Of a stretch of DNA of 64,000 nt, positions 11,691 to 21,330 are shown piece by piece. The translations under genes were made by a program, and so were the position numbers. Under the pieces are notes generated by a model. It did no database searches. It saw nothing but the letters and a program-made list of their open reading frames with translations, and had not been told where the DNA came from. Origin of the DNA: an uncultured Bacilli bacterium (GTDB taxonomy: Bacteria; Bacillota_I; Bacilli_A; RF39; UBA660); contig CAKOYV010000004.1 of assembly GCA_934131005.1 (NCBI GenBank), positions 37,344-101,343 on the forward strand, written 5' to 3'. Numbering within the stretch: position 1 is the first letter of the stretch; every line of letters starts with the position of its first letter.

Positions 11691-12577
11691 TATAAACCCT
11701 CCTCATCATCAGCACGTGGATGTGCCATATCATATATATCCTTTAACTTATCTTGTGAAACATGCGTATAAATACTAGTGGTATTTAAACTACTATGACC
11801 AAGCAACTCCTTAACACTCATTAAATCAGCACCTGCATTAAGCATATCAGTTGCAAATGTATGTCTAAGAGTATGAGGAGAAATATGATATTCAATTCCA
11901 CAGTGCGAAACAACTTTATTAATAATAACTCTAACATACCTAGCCGATAATTTATTACCATTTTTATTCAAAAACAAATAATCACTCTGATGATCCTTAA
12001 GGATCTTACGTCTTCCATCCTTTAAATACAAATCTAATATATCCCTAGCATAACTACCAAAAAAAACAATTCTCTCTTTTCTCCCTTTACCCAAAATCTT
12101 AATACTATTATTATTCTTATCAATATCCAAAAGCTTAATACCAACAAGTTCACTAACTCTAACTCCAGTTGCGTATAAAAGTTCTAAAATAAGTCTATTT
12201 CTCTGTTCTAATTCCAAAGATAAATCAAAAGAATTAAACATAACTTCTAAATCATTATCCCGAGCATATTTAGGAAGACTCCTAGCTCTCTTAGGATTAG
12301 CTATATCCTTAAAATAATTAACTTCTACTATATCCTCTCTTACTAAATAATTATAAAAGCTCCTAATAGCACTAAGTTTTCTTGAAATAGAATTCCTAGA
12401 TAGCCCCTTAGCATACAAATATTCTAAATACTCTGAAACATAACCCTCATCAATATTTAATAAATCAGTATTAAAATCATAAAGTTCCATCAAATCCTCT
12501 CGGTAATTAACTAACGTATAATCAGAATCCTTCTTAACAACTCGCAAATATCTAATAAAATCATAAATATACTTCAT
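11690..12577 (-). CDS. Tyrosine site-specific recombinase, XerC/XerD family
   Basis: R..H.LRHTFAT..LGH..Y catalytic signature. Core-binding N-terminal domain. 295 aa. Its stop overlaps the tdk start (ATGA). Confidence 0.85.
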   Translation of the reverse strand: MKYIYDFIRYLRVVKKDSDYTLVNYREDLMELYDFNTDLLNIDEGYVSEYLEYLYAKGLSRNSISRKLSAIRSFYNYLVREDIVEVNYFKDIANPKRARSLPKYARDNDLEVMFNSFDLSLELEQRNRLILELLYATGVRVSELVGIKLLDIDKNNNSIKILGKGRKERIVFFGSYARDILDLYLKDGRRKILKDHQSDYLFLNKNGNKLSARYVRVIINKVVSHCGIEYHISPHTLRHTFATDMLNAGADLMSVKELLGHSSLNTTSIYTHVSQDKLKDIYDMAHPRADDEEGL

Positions 12578-12775
12578 ACTTCACCTACCTTAGATATACC
12601 CTAATTATACCACTCATTATCCCATTTCTTCTAACATTAACTAACTGTATTTAAGAAAAAAAGAACCCTAAGATTCTTTTCTATATAAAAATCGATATAT
12701 CTTAAAACTATTTAAACTATTAGCCTCCGAAATTAAAAAGAAAAAAGCATAAAAAAAGATACTTCAAAAAAAGTA

Positions 12776-15595
12776 TCAATTACCCTTATCTAAAATATCT
12801 TTTAAAAATTTACCAGTATAAGATTCTTCTACCATACTAATCTCCTCAGGTGTACCGCTAGCAACTAAACTACCACCACCATCTCCACCTTCAGGACCTA
12901 AATCAATAATATAATCTGCAACTTTAATAACATCCAAATTATGTTCAATAACCAAAACTGTATCTCCATTATCAACTATTCTCTCAAGAATACCAAGTAA
13001 CTTTCTAATATCATAAGAATGAAGACCAGTAGTAGGTTCATCAAGTATAAATAAACTCTTTCCAGTAGCTTTCTTTTGTAATTCCTTAGCAAGTTTAACC
13101 CTAGCAGCCTCTCCTCCAGATAAAGTTGGTGCCGATTGTCCTAACTTAATATAACCAAGACCTACATCTTTTAAAACATTAAGTTTATTTTTAACTTTTG
13201 GATGATTTTCAAAAAATACAATCGCCTCATCAACCGTCATATTCAAAACATCATAAATAGATTTTCCCTTATATTTTATTTGCAATGTCTCACGATTATA
13301 TCTAGTACCATGACAAACCTCACAAGGAACATAAACATCAGGTAAAAAGTGCATCTCTATTTTCTTAACACCATCACCCCAACAAGCCTCACATCTACCA
13401 CCTTTAACATTAAAAGAAAATCTTCCCTTATCATATCCTCTTATCTTAGCCTCTTTAACCTCTGCAAAAATACTTCTTATATCATCAAATACTCCCACAT
13501 ATGTAGCCGGATTACTTCTAGGTGTCCTACCAATTGGTGCTTGCGATATATTAACAACTTTATCTATATTCTCAAATCCAACAATTCTTCTATGCTTACC
13601 AACAACCTCATGTGTCTTATATAACTCATTCCTCAAAGCTTTATATAATATTTGATTAATCAAAGTAGATTTACCTGAACCACTAACACCAGTAACACAA
13701 GTAAAAGTACCAAGCGGAATAGAGACATTAATCTTCTTCAAATTATTCTCACAAGCTCCCATAATCTTAAGAAATTTCTTATTACCACATCTTCTTTTAT
13801 CAGGAATTAAAATCTTCTCTTCACCAGTCAAAAACTTACCTGTTAAACTATTCTTATTAGCCATAACCTCACTAGGTGTTCCACACGCAACAACCGAACC
13901 ACCATTAACACCAGCATATGGCCCTATATCTATAAGATAATCAGATGCCAACATTGTATCTGTATCATGCTCAACAACTATCAAAGAATTACCCAAATCT
14001 CTCATCTCTAAAAGAGAATTTATTAATCTTTGATTATCTCTCTGATGAAGCCCTATACTAGGTTCATCCAAGACATATAAAACACCAGTAAGTCTAGAAC
14101 CAATTTGTGTAGCCAATCTAATACGTTGACTCTCACCACCTGACAAAGTAGCAGCATTTCTAGCAAGTGTTAAATATTCCAAACCAACATTAATTAAAAA
14201 ATCTAATCTAGAATTAATTTCTTTTAATAAAACAGACGCTATCTCCCTCTTCTCACGACTAAGCTTTAACTTTCCTAAAAAAGCTCTTAAATCTTTAATA
14301 GACATCTTTGTTAAATCAAAAATATTCTTCTTACCTACTAACACAGACAAAACACTAGGTTTTAATCTCGAACCACCACATGATTGACAAGGAAGTTCCA
14401 TCATAAACTGTTCAATCCAATCTCTTATCCAACCACTCTTAGTCTCAATATATCTTCGCTCTAAATTAGTAATAATTCCTTCAAAATAATCAACAACATT
14501 TCTAGTATTACCATTCTTCGCAACATAATTAAATTCAAGCAAATCTTTAGAACCATATAAAATAATATCTAACTCATCCCTAGTAAGATTCTTAACAGGC
14601 TTATCTAAATCAATACCATAATATGAAGAAACTGCTCTAAGTTGTGTCATAATAGTATTATTATCATCAACACTAATAGTACTAATAGCCCCTTCATTAA
14701 TTGACTTACTTCTATCTGGAATAACCAAATCAACATTTATTTTATATTGAACACCAAGCCCTTTACAATCAGGACAAGACCCATAAGGAGCATTAAAAGA
14801 AAATATTCTAGGTTCTAACTCTTCTAGAGAATAATCACAATAAGGACAAGCAAAATTCTCAGACATTACTACTTCCCCATCTTCTAGCATATCTACAATA
14901 ACCTTACCATGTGATAACTTCGCTGACGCTTCTACTGCCTCATACAACCTACTTCTAATTCCCTCTTTTAAAATAAGTCTATCAACAACTACACTAATAT
15001 TATGCTTTTTAGTCTTAGAAAGCTCTATCTCATTAGCCAAATCATACATTTCATCATCTATTTTAACTCTAACATAACCATCTTTTCTAAGTCTATTAAG
15101 CAAATCTTTATGAGTACCTTTCTCTCCCCACACAACAGGTGACATTATCATAAATTTCATTCCCATATCATAAGATAAAATCTTATCTACCATCTCTTCA
15201 ATACTTTGATTAGTAATTGGTATATGATGTCTAGGACAATATGGAACACCAACTCTTGCAAATAAAAGTCTTAAATAATCATATATTTCTGTAACCGTTC
15301 CAACTGTAGAACGAGGATTTTTATTTGTCGTCTTCTGATCAATACTAATACTAGGAGACAATCCTTCAATAGAATCAACATCAGGTTTCTCACTAGAACC
15401 TAAAAATTGTCTTGCATAAGCACTAAGACTCTCTACATATCTTCTCTGTCCTTCTGCATAAATAGTATCAAAAGCCAAAGAACTCTTACCAGAACCACTA
15501 ACACCTGTCACAACAACTAATTTATTTTTAGGAATAGAAATATCTATATTTTTTAAATTATTCTCACGAGCTCCCTTTATAACAATTTTATCCAC
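12776..15595 (-). CDS. uvrA: Excinuclease ABC subunit A
   Basis: 939 aa. Two ABC ATPase modules (GVSGSGKSSL / GVSGSGKSTL). Zn-finger cysteines. Confidence 0.97.
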   Translation of the reverse strand: MDKIVIKGARENNLKNIDISIPKNKLVVVTGVSGSGKSSLAFDTIYAEGQRRYVESLSAYARQFLGSSEKPDVDSIEGLSPSISIDQKTTNKNPRSTVGTVTEIYDYLRLLFARVGVPYCPRHHIPITNQSIEEMVDKILSYDMGMKFMIMSPVVWGEKGTHKDLLNRLRKDGYVRVKIDDEMYDLANEIELSKTKKHNISVVVDRLILKEGIRSRLYEAVEASAKLSHGKVIVDMLEDGEVVMSENFACPYCDYSLEELEPRIFSFNAPYGSCPDCKGLGVQYKINVDLVIPDRSKSINEGAISTISVDDNNTIMTQLRAVSSYYGIDLDKPVKNLTRDELDIILYGSKDLLEFNYVAKNGNTRNVVDYFEGIITNLERRYIETKSGWIRDWIEQFMMELPCQSCGGSRLKPSVLSVLVGKKNIFDLTKMSIKDLRAFLGKLKLSREKREIASVLLKEINSRLDFLINVGLEYLTLARNAATLSGGESQRIRLATQIGSRLTGVLYVLDEPSIGLHQRDNQRLINSLLEMRDLGNSLIVVEHDTDTMLASDYLIDIGPYAGVNGGSVVACGTPSEVMANKNSLTGKFLTGEEKILIPDKRRCGNKKFLKIMGACENNLKKINVSIPLGTFTCVTGVSGSGKSTLINQILYKALRNELYKTHEVVGKHRRIVGFENIDKVVNISQAPIGRTPRSNPATYVGVFDDIRSIFAEVKEAKIRGYDKGRFSFNVKGGRCEACWGDGVKKIEMHFLPDVYVPCEVCHGTRYNRETLQIKYKGKSIYDVLNMTVDEAIVFFENHPKVKNKLNVLKDVGLGYIKLGQSAPTLSGGEAARVKLAKELQKKATGKSLFILDEPTTGLHSYDIRKLLGILERIVDNGDTVLVIEHNLDVIKVADYIIDLGPEGGDGGGSLVASGTPEEISMVEESYTGKFLKDILDKGN

Positions 15596-15695
15596 AAAAC
15601 ATCACCTCTTCAAATATCACTCCATATTATAACACAAAAAGAAAAAAGAATAACCATAAATTATTCTAACCTTGAAAAACTAAACTATTACAACA

Positions 15696-16214
15696 TCATT
15701 TTATTTTTCGCATCAACTTTCTCTCATAATTATAAAAAACATCATGATCTCCTTCTTGATAATAACTAATAAATCTCCTAACTAATTCATTATTTTTATA
15801 CTTATCCTTAAAATACTCTAATTCAGACTCTAATAACTTATATCCCTGAATAAATCTAATAAAATAAATAGAATGAAGACCAGTAGCATATTTAATTATT
15901 TCTTCTCTTGATAACACATCTCCAATATATATAATATTCGTACACCCAATATCATAATAATCATTATATTCATCACTTGTTGTTACAACTTTTCCTAACG
16001 CCTTAACCCTACAAATAATAACATCACTTGATAAACCATCATAATACCTAAGTGTATCTTCTAATCTCTTACAAAAATGATATCCTTTTTTCTTTATCTC
16101 TAATTCATCACAACTATAAATATGACCACTTTCTATAACATTTCCATACCTATCAGTAAAATCTCCATTAAAACACTTATATCCCCATTCACAATCATTA
16201 CTACTCATTAACAA
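15696..16214 (-). CDS. Hypothetical Cys/His-rich protein (172 aa)
   Basis: ORF overlaps the sigH-like stop. No family recognised. Confidence 0.45.
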   Translation of the reverse strand: MLMSSNDCEWGYKCFNGDFTDRYGNVIESGHIYSCDELEIKKKGYHFCKRLEDTLRYYDGLSSDVIICRVKALGKVVTTSDEYNDYYDIGCTNIIYIGDVLSREEIIKYATGLHSIYFIRFIQGYKLLESELEYFKDKYKNNELVRRFISYYQEGDHDVFYNYERKLMRKIK

Positions 16215-16812
16215 TTCCTCTTATTTTAGTTTTAATTCTTTGAATAGCATTATCAATACTCTTTGTATCCTTATCCAAAATAGAAGCAATCTCCCGATAA
16301 TCAAAATTTTGCAATTTCAAATTAAAAACGCATTCTTCAAAATTAGTTAAAACACCAACAATCTTGTCATATAACTCCTGATATTCCATTTGACTAATAA
16401 GTCCAAACTCTGGATTATTTTTATTATCTTCTATATAATCAATCAAATTATTACTAGCATTATCATCAATAGTTTCTAAAGGTATAGCCTCATTCAAAAA
16501 TTTATACTTATCTCTCCCCGCATGCCTAAGCTCTGTAAACAACTTTCTCTCAATACAAACATTAACAAACGTATAAAAAGTTACATCATCACGCAAATTA
16601 TAACTATTCAAAGCTTCTTCAAAAGCTACCAAACATTCCTGATGCATATCAACATATTCAACTCCCTTATCCTTAACATACTTATAATATTTACTACAAA
16701 TCTTATTAATCAAAGGCGAATACTTATGATATAAAATTTCACTTGCTTCCTCATTACGTTCTCTTACTAAAGAAATCAACTCATTATCATTTAAATTAGC
16801 ATAATTATCCAT
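16201..16812 (-). CDS. sigH: RNA polymerase sigma factor, SigH-like (sigma-70 family)
   Basis: Sigma-70 region 2 and region 4 architecture in about 203 aa. Conserved position immediately downstream of rlmB/mrnC, as in Bacilli/Clostridia. Start taken at MDNYANL. Confidence 0.65.
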   Translation of the reverse strand: MDNYANLNDNELISLVRERNEEASEILYHKYSPLINKICSKYYKYVKDKGVEYVDMHQECLVAFEEALNSYNLRDDVTFYTFVNVCIERKLFTELRHAGRDKYKFLNEAIPLETIDDNASNNLIDYIEDNKNNPEFGLISQMEYQELYDKIVGVLTNFEECVFNLKLQNFDYREIASILDKDTKSIDNAIQRIKTKIRGIVNE

Positions 16813-17518
16813 TATTATTACTACCAACAATTCTTGACAAAACAATACCACAAGATACAGAAGCATTTAAACTATTAACATGACCCTTCATTGGAATAGA
16901 AGCTATAAAATCACATTCCTTCCTAACAACTGAAGAAATACCATGCCCTTCATTCCCAATAACTAAAACTACTGGCATATTATAATCTATCTTTGTATAA
17001 TCATCACCCTTCATATCTGTACCAACAATCCAAAAATTATGATCACGCAACTTTTTCAAAGCTACCTGCAAATTAGAAACCTTAACTATCTTTACATAAG
17101 AAATAGCTCCTGCTGATGTTTTAACAACCGTAGCATTAACACCAACTGATCTATCCCTAGGAATAATTATTCCCTCAACTCCAAGTGCCTCACAAGTCCT
17201 AATAATAGCCCCAAAATTATGTGGATCTTCTAAATGATCCAACATAACCACTCTAGGATTATGAACATCCTTAATACTATCAATAAAAGAATTAATATAA
17301 TAAGTATTAACATCATCTACTTCTAAAACAATTCCCTGATGTAAACCATCTACCTTATTATCCAAAACTCTATTATCAACAAAATTAATTCTCACCCCCT
17401 TAAATCTTAATTTATCAATAATATCTTGATCTCTAAACTTCTTACTAACAAAAGCCCTTGCAATAACATCATCACTATTTAAACATTCACGACTAACATT
17501 CTTACCATATATATACAT
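16805..17518 (-). CDS. rlmB: 23S rRNA (guanosine-2'-O)-methyltransferase RlmB (SpoU/TrmH family)
   Basis: SpoU methylase motifs (VIGNEGHGIS, LNASVS). Confidence 0.85.
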   Translation of the reverse strand: MYIYGKNVSRECLNSDDVIARAFVSKKFRDQDIIDKLRFKGVRINFVDNRVLDNKVDGLHQGIVLEVDDVNTYYINSFIDSIKDVHNPRVVMLDHLEDPHNFGAIIRTCEALGVEGIIIPRDRSVGVNATVVKTSAGAISYVKIVKVSNLQVALKKLRDHNFWIVGTDMKGDDYTKIDYNMPVVLVIGNEGHGISSVVRKECDFIASIPMKGHVNSLNASVSCGIVLSRIVGSNNNG

Positions 17519-17520
17519 AA

Positions 17521-17895
17521 CTACTCTACCCCAATCTCCTCAAATATTTCATTAATTCTCGCATTATCATTCTTTAAATATAAAAAGCCAATTAAAGCCT
17601 CAAACCCAGTCGACATTTTATAAGTTACTATATCTGTATTTTTAGGATGAGCACTTCTCTTATAATTTCTTCCTCTATGGACAACCTCAAGCTCTTCTTC
17701 AGTTAAAAAATTATTATCAATCAAATTACGCAAAATACGAGCTTGTCCTTTCGCTGAAACATAATAAACAGCCCTTTTTTGTAATAAATCAACTTTATAA
17801 ATACCACTATTTATTAATTTATTTCTAACATAAACTTCAAACACACTATCACCCAAATAAGCAAGAGCAATAACATTAATATTTCTAACATCCAT
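17521..17895 (-). CDS. mrnC: Mini-ribonuclease 3
   Basis: ALAYLGDSVFEVYVR RNase III signature in a protein of about 125 aa. Confidence 0.85.
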   Translation of the reverse strand: MDVRNINVIALAYLGDSVFEVYVRNKLINSGIYKVDLLQKRAVYYVSAKGQARILRNLIDNNFLTEEELEVVHRGRNYKRSAHPKNTDIVTYKMSTGFEALIGFLYLKNDNARINEIFEEIGVE

Positions 17896-17946
17896 AAAAT
17901 CACCAAAGATATTGTAACACACATTATGAATTTATTATACCCTAAC

Positions 17947-18924
17947 TTAAATTAAATTATCTCTAACATACACCAAAGTACCAGATATAACATAAACAGT
18001 AACCATAATAGGTCGCATACACTTTATAAAACCTAAACCCGGTATAACAATATCACACTTCTTATCAATGTTCAAAAATACCTTATCTAAATCTTTTAAC
18101 TTATCATTATTAAGTCGATTAAAACCAACCTTTAAACTAGGAGAACAATAGATAACAATACTATTATTACAAGAAGTATCATAATCAATTCTAACATACT
18201 CATCAATAATCATACTACCACTATTACTAATCTGCACACTACGAGGCCTAATTTCCTTCTTAGGCAATATCTTCTTTAACCCAAACTTATCAACATAATT
18301 GATAATACTACCATCATCTATAATACCAGGTGTATCTATAATTGTAACATCTCCTAAATCAACACTAACTTCTCCTAAAGTAGTAGAAGGATACATACTA
18401 ACCGTAACTTTATCACTAGAATTACTATAATTCTTAATAAGTTTATTAAGTAACGTAGACTTACCCGTATTAGTATTTCCAACCAAATAAACAGACGCAT
18501 TACGACTATAATCAACTATTTTTCTATATAAAGTATCCATATTATTATTCCTAATACTACTAACAACAACAACATCTAAAATAGCACTACATTCTCTCTT
18601 AATTCTCTCAATCAATCTATCAATCTTAACATTCCTAGGAATAATATCTCCCTTCGTAACAACTAATAAAACATTATTAAAATTCTTTAATAAATCCAAA
18701 TTAAAAGATAAAATATCTACTACATAAACAACCAAATTATCCTTAGGAATTTGTTTTAATATTTTTAAATAATCGCTATTCCCCATTGAAACAGCCTTAT
18801 ATTCACCATAATTAAAAAGTCTAAAACAACGCATACATAAACCTGTTTTAATATCCGTAGTATAACCAAGTAAATCCTTATTCTTATCCTGTAATTCTAC
18901 ACCACAACCACTACATTTAATCAT
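17947..18924 (-). CDS. yqeH: Ribosome biogenesis GTPase YqeH (circularly permuted)
   Basis: N-terminal CxxC...CxxC zinc finger, then TKGD...GNTNTGKST...DTPG in circularly permuted order. Confidence 0.85.
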   Translation of the reverse strand: MIKCSGCGVELQDKNKDLLGYTTDIKTGLCMRCFRLFNYGEYKAVSMGNSDYLKILKQIPKDNLVVYVVDILSFNLDLLKNFNNVLLVVTKGDIIPRNVKIDRLIERIKRECSAILDVVVVSSIRNNNMDTLYRKIVDYSRNASVYLVGNTNTGKSTLLNKLIKNYSNSSDKVTVSMYPSTTLGEVSVDLGDVTIIDTPGIIDDGSIINYVDKFGLKKILPKKEIRPRSVQISNSGSMIIDEYVRIDYDTSCNNSIVIYCSPSLKVGFNRLNNDKLKDLDKVFLNIDKKCDIVIPGLGFIKCMRPIMVTVYVISGTLVYVRDNLI

Positions 18925-19435
18925 AATACTCTCCTCTTTTAAATAACCCCTTAGCCTCAAATCTCTTAAGTTTTTGTACTTCTAAAAATCTTGTAAACTT
19001 TGTAAGTATCATATCAACATCACTAATAGGATCAACTAAACAAGTAATAATCCCAACTCTATTACCACCATAAACATCAGTAAATAACTGATCCCCAATA
19101 ATACAAACTTCACTTTTTAAATAATTATATCTCTTAAGTATTTTATAAAAACTCCTAGAAAATGGCTTACAAGAAGAACTATTATATAAAACATTCCAAC
19201 TCCTAAACTTAACCAATCTAGATCGTGGAGAATTAGAAAATAAAATAACTTTAAATCCCATTTTACCTAACTTAGAAAACAGCTCCCCAACCTCTGGTAA
19301 AGCTTCTTGTTCATGATATGGAACACAAGTATTATCTAAATCAAATAATAAACATTTAACTCCCATTTTTTTTAACTTTTTATAATTAACATCATATATA
19401 CTTCTTTTATACATCTTAGGCATTAATAAACTCAA
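18917..19435 (-). CDS. yqeG: HAD-IIIA phosphatase YqeG-like
   Basis: DLDNT motif I. GDQLFTDV motif. Conserved yqeG-yqeH pairing. Confidence 0.8.
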   Translation of the reverse strand: MSLLMPKMYKRSIYDVNYKKLKKMGVKCLLFDLDNTCVPYHEQEALPEVGELFSKLGKMGFKVILFSNSPRSRLVKFRSWNVLYNSSSCKPFSRSFYKILKRYNYLKSEVCIIGDQLFTDVYGGNRVGIITCLVDPISDVDMILTKFTRFLEVQKLKRFEAKGLFKRGEYYD

Positions 19436-19551
19436 AAAACATCACCAACCATCATATTTATACAAATTTTAATAAATGATATCATATATAAAATTGTATG
19501 TCAATGTTCTAAAAATAATTATAAATATATATATTTTATTAGAGGTGTAAT

Positions 19552-20250
19552 ATGTTTTTTAATATTTTAAATCTAATTTTGCAAAATATGTCTTTCTTTG
19601 GCAGTTACTCTAATGAAATGTTCCCCAAACCATTAACTGCTAAAGAAGAACAAAAATATATAAAAAAAATGCAAGAAGGTGATAAAGAAGCCCGCAATAA
19701 ATTAATTGAACATAATCTTAGATTAGTTGCCCATATCGTAAAAAAGTTTGAAACAACCACTAATGACATTGATGACTTAATAGGAATAGGCACTGTAGGA
19801 TTAATCAAAGGTATTGATACCTACTCTCCCGACAAAAAGGTAAAACTAACAACTTATGCCGCTAAATGTGCCGAAAACGAAATTCTCATGTACTTTCGCA
19901 GCAACAAAAAAAACTCCAAAAATATAAGTATTTATGAAGGCATAAGTTATGATAAAGAAGGAAATGAAATAACCATATTAGATGTCTTAAAAACCAAAGA
20001 TCCCGATTACTTAGAAGATATCTATATCAAAGATAATATTGAATTATTAAAAAAATATCTAAGAATATTAACTCCTCGCGAAAGAAAAATAATAAACATG
20101 CGTTACGGACTAAATAACCAAGAAGAAAGAACTCAAAAAGAAATTTCTAAAATAATGGGAATATCTAGAAGTTACGTATCTAGAATTGAAAAAAGAGCCA
20201 TCACTAAAATTTTAAGAGAATTCATAAAAAATAAGAATTATAGCGATTAA
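19552..20250 (+). CDS. sigK: Sporulation sigma factor, pro-sigma-K-like
   Basis: About 20-aa pro-sequence, then FPKPLTAKEEQKYI (compare the FPQPLS processing region of SigK). NLRLVAHIVKKF and YAAKCAENEILMYFRSNKK. Gene is intact, with no intervening element. Confidence 0.65.
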   Translation: MFFNILNLILQNMSFFGSYSNEMFPKPLTAKEEQKYIKKMQEGDKEARNKLIEHNLRLVAHIVKKFETTTNDIDDLIGIGTVGLIKGIDTYSPDKKVKLTTYAAKCAENEILMYFRSNKKNSKNISIYEGISYDKEGNEITILDVLKTKDPDYLEDIYIKDNIELLKKYLRILTPRERKIINMRYGLNNQEERTQKEISKIMGISRSYVSRIEKRAITKILREFIKNKNYSD

Positions 20251-20260
20251 ACTATAATTC

Positions 20261-21330
20261 TTACTTTTTTTCTCCAAAATGCTTTATTGGACTCAATATT
20301 TTATACTTCTCACACTTATCTCCATTCAAAGTATAAACCTTTGAACAACTATATTCCGCTTTAGCATCCTTCTTATCATTAAGAACACACGTATTTCCCG
20401 CTAAGGCATAACCATCACTACATTCAAATCCCTTTATAGCATCAGCTGTTATTGTAGCAACACACTGATCTCCCTTAAGTTCTAATCCACCAGCACAATA
20501 ATATTTAGGACTTGGCTGAATAGAAGATGTTGTAATACATTGATTACCATAAGTCTGATAACCAGATGGACAACTATATTTAACTGTTGCTGGTATAGTT
20601 ACACTATAAACACAACTGCCACCACTCAAACTACCATTAGAACAATAAGAACTACCACGATTATAACTAGCATCCTTATAACATTGAGTACCACTCTTAG
20701 TATATCCATATGGACATTCACAAGTTGTAGTTGTAGAACTTTGACATCCAGGATAATATGGGTTATATCTACAAATATAAGAATTATTATATCCCCCACC
20801 ACTTGTTGAACAAGTAGCATTTCTATAGCACTTACTTCCAGACAATGTATCACCACTACTACAACTATATCCCCCACCACTAGTAATTGGAGAACTATAT
20901 TCCGTCTTACTACATTTATTTCCAGACAAAGTATAACCAGATGGACAACTGTAACTAGCACTAGCTGTTTTATTACTAGCTGTAGAACACTTATTATCAT
21001 ATAAAATATAACCAGATGGACAAGTATAAGTAACAGCAGCCTTTGTCTTCTGTTCCTGAATACATTTATCCCCCTCTAATCTTCCAAGTCCAGCACATTG
21101 ATAAGCTTGCTTAGCATCCTTAGTATCGCTCTTTAAACATACCTTATCCTGTAAAGTATAACCATCATCACAAACATATTTAACATTAGCATCAATAGAT
21201 TTCAATGTTTTACTACATTTATTATTTTTATTTAAAGAATAACCCTTATCACAAGTATACCAACCCTTAACACAAAGACCATAATTATTTATATAACCCT
21301 TATCACATTTTTTAGTACTAAAAACACATC
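20261..21330 (-). repeat. Coding tandem repeats: about 13 Cys-bounded 12-residue loops (C-x-x-G-Y-x-L-x-G/N-x-K/Q-C) in the kinase ectodomain
   Basis: Examples: CDKGYSLNKNNKC, CDDGYTLQDKVC, CPSGYTLSGNKC, CPSGYQTYGNQC, CSDGYALAGNTC. Confidence 0.7.

Noticed and set aside
11690-12577. Xer-family recombinase as a mobile-element integrase
   Set aside because: It has the full XerC/D catalytic signature and XerC/D-like length. It is flanked by tdk and uvrA with no phage or IS genes, so it more likely acts in chromosome dimer resolution. It is not in the canonical topA-linked position, so this is noted only.
12578-12775. Possible terminator hairpin downstream of uvrA (AAGAA...TTCTT near 12660-12690)
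   Set aside because: Only a 5-bp stem with a long loop. Too weak to call.
20540-21000. Overlapping 89-aa and 124-aa ORFs within the kinase ectodomain region; also 21530..21919
   Set aside because: Alternate-frame translations of the repetitive Cys-loop coding region. The kinase frame is continuous and explains the sequence.
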